A stretch of DNA of 34,963 nucleotides, taken from the NCBI GenBank assembly GCA_964574245.1, contig CAZNLV010000005.1, positions 1 to 34,963 of the forward strand, written 5' to 3'. Numbering within the stretch: the first letter of the stretch is position 1; the number at the start of each line of letters is the position of its first letter. The translations under genes were made by a program, and so were the position numbers. This DNA comes from an uncultured Candidatus Saccharibacteria bacterium (GTDB lineage: Bacteria > Patescibacteriota > Saccharimonadia > Saccharimonadales > UBA4665). A model generated the notes under the pieces. It was not told the DNA's origin and made no database searches. It saw only the letters and a program-made list of their open reading frames with translations. Below are positions 1 to 7,068 of this stretch, one piece after another.

Positions 1-15
1 AAATGTATGGTGACG

Positions 16-545
16 CTATTTTGCCTGCCAAGCAAATAGGGTGATGAGCAAAACTATCCCAAACAGAACCAACAATCCGATCATGAGCGTCTTAACCATA
101 AAGGCGATTGGGTTATGGCGTGTTACCGTAGCGCCTGTTGCCTCTGCCTCTTTCTCAATATTCGACAGGCCTGATTTACTGAACTGATAGGCACCAACCG
201 CAATACCCGGGCCGGCACTGCCTGTGGATAACAGCCCTGCGGCATATGCGAGATCTGCCGAGCCGCGTGAGTACAGGCGGTATTTCTTGCCCCCGATAGT
301 TACGAGAAGCATATTCATGATATGTTCGTATTTTTGAATTTCTTGTGGAGTAACAGAAAAAACCTGGCGATCATCTTTTCCCAGAAGTGTCAGGCGCTGT
401 TGCGGCCCTGTTGCGGCCCTGTTTTAATGCTAAGCATACCTGCTTCTTGACCAAAACTCCCTATACCTAGGGTGCCTAATAAACCAGTGGAAATAAAGAC
501 GGGAATGTTGTTTTGTGTGGTTGCTTGTGGATTGTCGTCATTCAT
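16..545 (-). pseudogene. Split small membrane-anchored protein. The fragments are 390..545 (MNDDNPQ...KTGPQQGRNSA*) and 16..318 (C-terminal TM helix). They fuse into one 172-codon ORF if one copy of the 11-bp repeat at 397..423 is removed.
   Basis: By hand translation, the minus-strand frame used by 16..318 is open upstream to 423 (NRAATGPQQRLTLLGKDDRQVFSVTPQEIQKYEHIMNML...). The 390..626 frame stops at 390-392, just inside the repeat. The two frames differ by 2 nt, which equals 11 mod 3. An internal ATG at 545 lies downstream of the glutaredoxin stop. Confidence 0.45.
397..423. repeat. 11-bp tandem repeat ctgttgcggcc, about 2.45 copies
   Basis: Read directly: ctgttgcggcc (397-407), ctgttgcggcc (408-418), ctgtt (419-423). 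Confidence 0.95.
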
Positions 546-582
546 AAGCCCATTGTAACAGACGGGGCATCCTCTGGTGAGA

Positions 583-825
583 CTATCGGTTGAGAACGGC
601 ATCGATGCGGGGACGGTCAAATCCAACGATAATTTCGCCGTTGATGTCGAGCACCGGTATACCCATCTGTCCGGATTTCTGGACTGCTTCTTCTGCGGCG
701 CTGCGGTCGCTATCGACGTTTTTTTCGGTGTATTTCACCCCGATTTTATCGAGGTATTGTTTGGCGGCGTGGCAAAACCCGCACCAATCTGCAGAGTAAA
801 TGGTGACCTTCGCTGTATCTGACAT
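583..825 (-). CDS. Glutaredoxin/NrdH-like small thiol-disulfide oxidoreductase (80 aa)
   Basis: MSDTAKVTIYSADWCGFCHAAKQYLDKIGVKYTEKNVD...GIPVLDINGEIIVGFD has a CxxC (CGFC) active site after beta-1 and the cis-Pro context (IPV) typical of the glutaredoxin fold. I chose the internal ATG at 825 because GAAAGGA lies about 9 nt upstream. The longer 870 start has no SD. Confidence 0.8.
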   Translation of the reverse strand: MSDTAKVTIYSADWCGFCHAAKQYLDKIGVKYTEKNVDSDRSAAEEAVQKSGQMGIPVLDINGEIIVGFDRPRIDAVLNR

Positions 826-852
826 GGTGGTATCCTTTCGCTTACTATACAA

Positions 853-881
853 AGTATAGCAAAGTTTCAACCAAAAATCAA
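853..881 (-). promoter_or_regulatory. Candidate sigma70-type promoter TTGATT-17-TATACT for the glutaredoxin-like gene
   Basis: Reverse complement of 876-881 is TTGATT and of 853-858 is TATACT, with a 17-nt spacer. The -10 lies about 28 nt upstream of the ATG at 825. Confidence 0.3.
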
Positions 882-961
882 TCGCATTACCAGTACACCA
901 ATATAGTAGGCTCGGACCTTTTTTGGCCGAGAGGACAAGTTCTACCGAGACTGAAAAAGGT

Positions 962-1681
962 TTATTGGTTGACGGGATTCAGGGGTGAATTAGGGGAAAG
1001 TGAAGCAATCTCTATGCCGCATTGGTTTGCCAACATAGCTATACGGGCAAGCATTTGTTGTCTGACTTCGTTCTTGTTCGTATCGCGTACGTTGTGATCG
1101 TGTCTATCAGAATCGTGGTCGTCACGACTACGTTTTTTCGCGAGTTCCAGAAATAGAAGAGGCTTGGGAGATTGCAGCGAAGTCACACCGGTAGCTACGC
1201 CGCTTTGATCGTCGAGCCAAAAGGGCCCATCCCCACTTGTAAGCCACGGTGCAAAACGGGGGTTGGAGCTGGGAACAAGATAGGTTTGTTGCTCAAGGAT
1301 GTTTCCGTTTGTCGTGAGGACGGAGAGTTCTCTGCGTGAAGGCGAAGGCCCTGCGCCCCGCCGTAGTGTCCGGTCGGTTGCAGCAAGCAGCCATCCTTCA
1401 CACAGGGCTTGGTCCTGAAAGGACAGAGGATGTCTAATCTGTCCGGTCTTCTGTAATACCCGGCGCGTGATGACTATGTCTGGTTTCATCCCAGCATTCT
1501 GAAGGGCTGGGGCTAATCGGCTAGCACCATAGAGTACCAAATCGGCGGAGATAGATCGTCCGGTATGCCCAAATAATCTACTGACGTCGTGAGGTTCCAT
1601 GCTTGCACCGCTATATCTGACAGCGTGTTGGAGTTGGGAGTAGATTGCTGCATAGGACTCAGATTTTCGTTGATTTGCCAT
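962..1681 (-). CDS. Hypothetical protein (239 aa), no family recognised
   Basis: Long ORF in an otherwise gene-dense region. It has a charged His/Asp-rich patch (KKRSRDDHDSDRHDHNVRD) near the C-terminus. There is no SD, and a TATATA-like hexamer lies 6 nt upstream of the ATG. Confidence 0.55.
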   Translation of the reverse strand: MANQRKSESYAAIYSQLQHAVRYSGASMEPHDVSRLFGHTGRSISADLVLYGASRLAPALQNAGMKPDIVITRRVLQKTGQIRHPLSFQDQALCEGWLLAATDRTLRRGAGPSPSRRELSVLTTNGNILEQQTYLVPSSNPRFAPWLTSGDGPFWLDDQSGVATGVTSLQSPKPLLFLELAKKRSRDDHDSDRHDHNVRDTNKNEVRQQMLARIAMLANQCGIEIASLSPNSPLNPVNQ

Positions 1682-1732
1682 AGTACATATATAAATAGCA
1701 TATATGTTACCTATTTACAAAAATATGAAATT

Positions 1733-3460
1733 CTACTCCCACTCGATGGTGCCGGGAGGTTTGGAGGTAATGTCGTAGACGACGCGGTTGATGCCGCGGA
1801 CCTCGCTGATGATGCGGCTGGATATTTTGGCTAGTAAATCATGCGGCAAGCGCGCCCAGTCGGCAGTCATGCCGTCGCTACTGCTCACGGCTCGCACGGC
1901 GCAGACCTGCTCGTACGTGCGACCATCGCCCATAACGCCGACGGATTTGATCGGCAGAAGTACGGCAAAAAATTGCCAGACCTTCTCACGACCTTCGCAC
2001 CGTCCGTCCTGCTTGCCAGCAGAGCTGTCAACACTGACAGCCTTATCAGCGTCTGCGCGTTTTTCCGCTGCGGTATTCACTTCACCGTATTCTGATACGG
2101 CTCGTTCCATTCCTCGCGGAGAAAACGCACATCCACCCGATGCGCAAAGTGCGTGAGATGTCTCGCTCTGGTAATAATCGATTTCCGTGCGCACGATGGC
2201 GTCGGCTTTTTGTAGGAGCTCGACACGCTCCTCTGTGACTGCGCCGATGATGCGTATGGCGAGACCCGGTCCTGGGAAGGGCTGCCGTTGCACGATTGAG
2301 GGCGGCAGGCCGAGCGCTGCACCGAGTTCACGGACTTCATCCTTGAAGAGGTCTCGGAGCGGTTCGATAAGCTTGAGGTGCATTTTCTCTGGAAGCCCGC
2401 CCACGTTATGATGGGATTTGATGGTGACGCTGGGACCGTTGACCGAGACGCTCTCGATCACGTCCGGGTAGAGCGTCCCCTGCACGAGGAAATCGGCGCC
2501 GCCAAGTTTTTTGGCTTCCGCTTGGAATATATCGATGAAAAGTCCACCGATGATTTTGCGTTTGGTTTCGGGATCTTCCACGCCGGCCAGTTTGGAGTAG
2601 AAGGTGTCGGCGGCGCGCACGGGTTTTACATTTAGGCCAACTTGTTTGTAGGCAGCGAGTACCTCGTCATATTCATCCGCTCTGAGCAAGCCGGTATCGA
2701 CGAATATGCACGTCTGCTGGTTGCCAATGGCGCGGTCGACGAGCGTGGCAGCAACAGAACTGTCTACGCCGCCGGATAGCGCACAGACCACTTTCGCGTC
2801 GCCGACAGTCTCTTGGATCTGGGCGATCTGGGCGTCAATAACGGCATCGGCGGCCCAGTCGCGGTGAAATCCACAGAGGTCAAAAAACCGTCCCAGAATA
2901 ACTTTGCCCTGCTTGCTATGCGCGACTTCGGGGTGAAACTGCAGCCCAAACAGGCCCATCTCGGGGTCTTCCATGGCGCATATGATACCGCCGCTTCTTG
3001 CGGTGACCATAAAACCGTCAGGGACCTTGGCGACATGATCACCGTGGCTCATCCAGATCGTGCTGCCCTCGGCGTCGCTCGCGAGGAGCTGCGAGCCTGC
3101 CTCGAGGAGCAGGGTCGCTTCGCCGTACTCGCGGGTTTTGCCTGGCTCAACTGTGCCGCCGAGGTTTAGGGCGAGTAGTTGCATGCCGTAGCAAATGCCG
3201 AGAAGTGGCACCTCTAGACTCAGTAGATCGGGGTTCAGCGCGGGCGCATCCTTTTCGTAGACGCTGCTTGGCCCGCCGGAGAGGACGACGCCCGTAGGGT
3301 TGTGCGCCTTGATGTCAGCGAGGCTTGCTCGAAACGGCAGGATGATACTATACACGCCCAGCTCGCGGGCTTTGCGTGCAATCAGCTGGGTATACTGGCT
3401 CCCGTAGTCGAGGATGACAAGTGTTTCTGGTTGTGATGGAGATGATTGTGGCATTAGCAA
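1733..3460 (-). CDS. guaA: GMP synthase (glutamine-hydrolysing), 575 aa
   Basis: GATase-1 catalytic triad context (LGICYGMQ, FHPEV), ATP-PPase P-loop SGGVDSS, and the conserved C-terminus KSVGVMGDGRTY...VVYDITSKPPGTIEWE. Confidence 0.97.
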   Translation of the reverse strand: MLMPQSSPSQPETLVILDYGSQYTQLIARKARELGVYSIILPFRASLADIKAHNPTGVVLSGGPSSVYEKDAPALNPDLLSLEVPLLGICYGMQLLALNLGGTVEPGKTREYGEATLLLEAGSQLLASDAEGSTIWMSHGDHVAKVPDGFMVTARSGGIICAMEDPEMGLFGLQFHPEVAHSKQGKVILGRFFDLCGFHRDWAADAVIDAQIAQIQETVGDAKVVCALSGGVDSSVAATLVDRAIGNQQTCIFVDTGLLRADEYDEVLAAYKQVGLNVKPVRAADTFYSKLAGVEDPETKRKIIGGLFIDIFQAEAKKLGGADFLVQGTLYPDVIESVSVNGPSVTIKSHHNVGGLPEKMHLKLIEPLRDLFKDEVRELGAALGLPPSIVQRQPFPGPGLAIRIIGAVTEERVELLQKADAIVRTEIDYYQSETSHALCASGGCAFSPRGMERAVSEYGEVNTAAEKRADADKAVSVDSSAGKQDGRCEGREKVWQFFAVLLPIKSVGVMGDGRTYEQVCAVRAVSSSDGMTADWARLPHDLLAKISSRIISEVRGINRVVYDITSKPPGTIEWE

Positions 3461-3546
3461 CTTCTCTCAGGATTGGACCCTAAATTTGAATCTCTACTAT
3501 CTACACAAACTCGAATATTCAATGGGCCAAATCCATGCAGCCTGCC

Positions 3547-3631
3547 ACCCTGAACTTGTTTCAGGGTCCATGCGCGAAGACGGTTGCTGATCTGAACTGA
3601 GGTATTGATTTCGAAGCGATTTCGGAATGAC
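3547..3631. repeat. Composite double-hairpin intergenic element, copy 1 (hairpin A, then B)
   Basis: Hairpin A is accctgaa-cttgt-ttcagggt (3547-3567). Hairpin B is atttcgaa-gcgat-ttcggaat (3608-3628), followed by gac. The same architecture occurs at 6883-6959 and, inverted, at 7885-7970. Confidence 0.8.
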
Positions 3632-3669
3632 TGCAGTGGAATGTGGCGCTCGGCGCTCGTATTTTTCAT

Positions 3670-4800
3670 CTACTGGTAGTTCCCCCCGTCGTTGGTGATG
3701 AAAAGATCATGCGGATGGCTTTCGTTCAGGCTCGCTTGGGTAATTTGCATAAACTGTGCCGTTTGCCAGAGCTCGTCTAGGTTTTTGGCGCCGACATAGT
3801 ACATGCCGCTCGTCATGCCGCCGACCCACTGGTCTATGAGGTTTTTGACGGTGCCGCTGCAGGGTACAAGCCCCTCGACCCCTTCGGCAATAAGTGTATC
3901 GCCACTGTAGTTTTTGCCATGGAATTCGTCCTCGCTACTGACTTCCATGCCTTTTTTCATCGCGGCGAGCGAACCCATGCCGCGGTACGATTTAAACGTA
4001 TATTCATCTGATCCGTCGAGGATACTGCGGAAACGTGAGGGCACCTGATCGGCCCGAAAACGATGGACTTCACCCGGCGACTCCTCGGTGGCGGCAAACA
4101 TGCGGCCCATCATGACTGTCGAGGCTCCGGCCGCCAGAGCTTTCAGGGCATCGCCAGAGTTTATGAGCCCGCCGTCGGCGATGACTGGTACTCCGGCTTT
4201 TTCTGCGATCGGCTTGATTTCGAGTAGCGCGCTCAGCTGTGGCACGCCCATACCAGAAACGATGCGGGTCGAACAAATAGCGCCCGGGCCCATCCCGACA
4301 CGCAGGCCATCTGCGCCAGCTTCTATGAGCGCTTTGGCGCCGTCTCCAGTAGCGATGGAGCCGGCGATGACCTCGACTTTGTACTGTTTCTTTATATATG
4401 ACAGCGTATCAATAACTTTTTTGGCGTAGCCATGGGCCGAATCGACGAGTATGACATCGACACCGGCCGCCATGAGGGCTTCGACGCGGGCTTCGTATCC
4501 GGCGCTACTACCGACCGCCGCACCGACGAGGTGCCCGGCATCTTTAACCTGTTTGACCTCTGCGGCCTGCTGCTCTACGGTGAGGTTGCGGTGGATGATA
4601 CCGACCCCGCCCTGCTCGGCGAGTGCGATCGCCAGTCGGGCTTCGGTGACCGTGTCCATAGGTGACGCAACAAAAGGCGCTTTGAGCGCCAAGTTTTTGG
4701 TCAGCTTAGTTTGTAATTGTATTTCTGAGCGGTCAAACCCCGAATATCCCGGTCGGAGCAAGACATCATTGAATGTGAGTGAAAGAGTAAATTGTTCCAT
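3670..4800 (-). CDS. guaB: IMP dehydrogenase lacking the CBS/Bateman subdomain (376 aa)
   Basis: LTFNDVLLRP start, catalytic loop GMGPGAICSTR, IADGG, and GSLAAM/YRGMGS. The roughly 110-aa CBS pair normally found between IIHRN...VK and VGAAVG is replaced by the short linker DAGH. Confidence 0.93.
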   Translation of the reverse strand: MEQFTLSLTFNDVLLRPGYSGFDRSEIQLQTKLTKNLALKAPFVASPMDTVTEARLAIALAEQGGVGIIHRNLTVEQQAAEVKQVKDAGHLVGAAVGSSAGYEARVEALMAAGVDVILVDSAHGYAKKVIDTLSYIKKQYKVEVIAGSIATGDGAKALIEAGADGLRVGMGPGAICSTRIVSGMGVPQLSALLEIKPIAEKAGVPVIADGGLINSGDALKALAAGASTVMMGRMFAATEESPGEVHRFRADQVPSRFRSILDGSDEYTFKSYRGMGSLAAMKKGMEVSSEDEFHGKNYSGDTLIAEGVEGLVPCSGTVKNLIDQWVGGMTSGMYYVGAKNLDELWQTAQFMQITQASLNESHPHDLFITNDGGNYQ

Positions 4801-4805
4801 GTCTC

Positions 4806-4833
4806 ATTCTACCGCAGGTATATAAAAAGTCAA
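4806..4833 (-). promoter_or_regulatory. Candidate promoter TTGACT-16-TAGAAT for guaB; the -10 ends 5 nt before the ATG (leaderless-type)
   Basis: Reverse complement of 4828-4833 is TTGACT and of 4806-4811 is TAGAAT. No SD lies between the -10 and the ATG at 4800. Confidence 0.45.
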
Positions 4834-5183
4834 AATGCTAGGAGGAATTCGAACTTCAGAGAAATCCTAGAGTAAGATAACACACAAACGAAGTTAACTT
4901 TCTCTCTGTAAATCTTTCATCCCAAGTGGATATGGTTATCTGCTCGTTACAAGTATACAGAGATCTGAGAGAGACATACGCAGGTATTTAAAGAACATTG
5001 CTTCGTGGGCAACAATCCTATAAAATAATTTTTCCATGTTCACACTGTTGCCGCACGAAATATTTACCGTTTCGCTTGGGTCCCCCTCGGACCCCACGCG
5101 ACAGACGGGGACTCCACACTTTAAGCGGGCGTAAACTTCTAAGTTTGTTGATTTTTTGGTTAACTTTTGTTGAACTTTTGAAT

Positions 5184-5483
5184 ATGAAAGTGATTGAATC
5201 AAATCCGAAACAGGTGCGTGAAATTGGGTTTCGTGAGCTGAGGCTCAAGGCTGATGATGTGATTGCAGGCGTCAAAGATGGTAATAGTTATATAGTGAAG
5301 CGTAACTCGCGGCCGCTGTTTCGGATCGTACCGCTCGAAGAAGAAGTGTGGGACACGGTGATTGATTTTACAGAAATTGACGCAAATGGGGTGGATGTTG
5401 ATACGGTGTTGACGGCAATGGATGAGCTGAGACACGAAAAGCCCAAGCGTTATGGCAGACAAACTAAAAAAGTTTCTCGCTAG
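5184..5483 (+). CDS. Type II antitoxin, Phd/YefM-like (99 aa)
   Basis: The N-terminal IGFRELRLKADDVIAGVKDGNSYIVKRNSRPLFRIVPLEEE matches the Phd/YefM pattern (Rxxlsevld.v..g..viItr.gkpvavlv). The gene overlaps the downstream toxin by 32 nt. The ORF-track start at 4998 was rejected as a non-coding extension. Confidence 0.7.
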   Translation: MKVIESNPKQVREIGFRELRLKADDVIAGVKDGNSYIVKRNSRPLFRIVPLEEEVWDTVIDFTEIDANGVDVDTVLTAMDELRHEKPKRYGRQTKKVSR

Positions 5484-5700
5484 GCTGAGCCGCAAAGAGC
5501 TTGAGCTAGTTGAAGCGCTGCTTCTGGATATTCGCAATGGTGAGGTAGCACATCTTGACTACAAGCCGCTCAAAGGCTACAAAGACAGGTTTCGTGTGCG
5601 CAAAGGACGGCTGCGGGTTATTTTTACTCGTAGCGCAACTGGCGTGGTGACCATTCGGCAGATTTCTTATCTCGACGAACAAACCTACCGGCAGATGTGA
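5452..5700 (+). CDS. Type II toxin, RelE/ParE superfamily (82 aa)
   Basis: PLKGYKDRFRVRKGRLRVIFTRSATGVVTIRQISYLDEQTY matches the RelE/ParE core (LkG....yRiRvGdyRiiy.i.....v.i..i.hR...Y). Size and gene order are typical. Confidence 0.75.
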   Translation: MADKLKKFLARLSRKELELVEALLLDIRNGEVAHLDYKPLKGYKDRFRVRKGRLRVIFTRSATGVVTIRQISYLDEQTYRQM

Positions 5701-5740
5701 TGCGCTGTGAGAAATATTACAAAAAAGTGTGGGTAACTCT

Positions 5741-5769
5741 TTACACCACTTCGGTCTCTCTGGTACAAT
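5741..5769 (+). promoter_or_regulatory. Candidate atp operon promoter TTACAC-17-(TGg)TACAAT
   Basis: ttacac at 5741-5746, a 17-nt spacer, and tacaat at 5764-5769 preceded by tgg (extended -10). The ATG of the atpZ-like gene is at 5781. Confidence 0.4.
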
Positions 5770-5780
5770 ATGCAAACGTA

Positions 5781-6044
5781 ATGGCGGATAGCATATCTCC
5801 CACGCCCGGGTCTAAGACGACGCGCTCCAAGAGCGCTATTGCTCCTGTGCTGCTCGATATGGCTGACACCACTTGGCGGATGTTTGTGCCGACTATCGGC
5901 TTGCTGCTCGTCGGCCGACATTTTGACGTGCAGTATGGCACGAAGCCTTGGCTGATGCTTGCCGGTGCCGTGCTTGGTTCGCTCGTTGCGGCCATGCTCA
6001 TTCGTAACCAGCTCAAAATGAAACGCGGAGGTGCCAGCACATGA
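5781..6044 (+). CDS. atpZ: AtpZ/AtpI-family small membrane protein of the ATP synthase operon (87 aa)
   Basis: Two TM segments carry the family-like motif VGRHFDVQYGTKPWLMLAGAVLGSLVA. The gene sits immediately upstream of atpB, with an ATGA stop/start overlap. Confidence 0.6.
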   Translation: MADSISPTPGSKTTRSKSAIAPVLLDMADTTWRMFVPTIGLLLVGRHFDVQYGTKPWLMLAGAVLGSLVAAMLIRNQLKMKRGGAST

Positions 6045-6862
6045 CACCTCATTTTTTTGCTATGGAAAAGATCGACATCGTCCTACCGACACAGCCTATC
6101 TTGCACCTAGGACCGCTACCTATCACAAACGCTATGCTACTCGGCGGTTTCAGCGTACTCATCGTGCTCGCGCTGTTTTTTTATACGGCAGGGATGGTCA
6201 AACGCGGTCGCACGAACCGACTTGTCGGTCTGGTCCAGTGGGCGTTTGAAGGCATGTACAAGGCCGTGTACGACATAGTGCCAGATCGGGCCATGGCCCG
6301 CAGTATTGCGCCGCTGGCCCTGACAATATTTTTTACTGTGCTCGTTTCCTACTGGGCAGACATATTGCCCGGTGTGGGGCATGCGGTGACATGGCATGGC
6401 CATGAGCTACTCCGCAGTATGCCGACCGACCTCAACTTTACGCTGGCCATCGCCATCATCGCCATGATTGCCGTGCAGTACTACGCCATCAAAACACACG
6501 GATTTCTGGGCAACGCTGGACGATATTTTGTAAACCCGCTCAAAAACCCCATCGGTTCGTTTGAGGGTTTTCTAGAATTGATCGGAGAGTTTAGCCGCCT
6601 CATTGCGCTCTGTCTGCGACTGTTTGGCAATGCATTTGCTGGGGCGGCTCTGCTAGCTATCGTTGCGGCTCTCGCCTCATATGCGGCTTCAGCGGTACTA
6701 CCCTTTTTCATGGCATTTGAGCTGTTCATCGGGTTTATTCAGGCCTATGTGTTTTATGTGCTGACGCTCATCTTTGCCAGCCTCGCGGTGTCTATCCACG
6801 GAGGCGACCACTCACCTGCTCATGACGGACGTAAGACCACCCAGGAGGTGCCTGCCGTCTAG
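6041..6862 (+). CDS. atpB: F0 ATP synthase subunit a
   Basis: Polytopic membrane protein with the conserved Arg motif LCLRLFGNAFAG and operon context. Confidence 0.92.
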   Translation: MTPHFFAMEKIDIVLPTQPILHLGPLPITNAMLLGGFSVLIVLALFFYTAGMVKRGRTNRLVGLVQWAFEGMYKAVYDIVPDRAMARSIAPLALTIFFTVLVSYWADILPGVGHAVTWHGHELLRSMPTDLNFTLAIAIIAMIAVQYYAIKTHGFLGNAGRYFVNPLKNPIGSFEGFLELIGEFSRLIALCLRLFGNAFAGAALLAIVAALASYAASAVLPFFMAFELFIGFIQAYVFYVLTLIFASLAVSIHGGDHSPAHDGRKTTQEVPAV

Positions 6863-6882
6863 ACATGAGTAAAAGATTGGTC

Positions 6883-6959
6883 ATCCTGAACTTGATTCAG
6901 GATCCCGCTCGGAGACATTGAGGTTTTCAAGCGAGATTCCGGGTCAAGCGCGGAATGAC
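6883..6959. repeat. Composite double-hairpin intergenic element, copy 2 (hairpin A, then B)
   Basis: Hairpin A is atcctgaa-cttga-ttcaggat (6883-6903). Hairpin B is attccggg-tcaag-cgcggaat (6936-6956), followed by gac. Confidence 0.8.
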
Positions 6960-7068
6960 ATGGCAAGCAAGCGCGAGAGCTGTCATCTCGATCGAAGCTA
7001 AAAGGTCTTACGAGGTGAAACCCCTCTCCGTACAATCAATCAACCAAGGTAAACAAGGAGAACTATCA

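Noticed and set aside
3454-3669. 71-aa ORF between guaB and guaA
   Set aside because: It is the translation of double-hairpin element copy 1 (…LKQVQGGRL…). It overlaps the guaA start and has no SD. The equivalent ORFs at the other copies are in different frames and on different strands.
4838-4875. tRNA-like T-arm (ttcgaa within ggaggaattcgaacttcagag)
   Set aside because: The flanking 5-nt segments are not complementary, and no acceptor or anticodon stems can be drawn on either strand.
4998-5183. Upstream extension of the antitoxin ORF (161-aa version) and overlapping ORFs 4936..5202(-) and 5018..5275(-)
   Set aside because: They are AT-rich and low-complexity with no motifs. The Phd/YefM-like domain begins right at the ATG at 5184.
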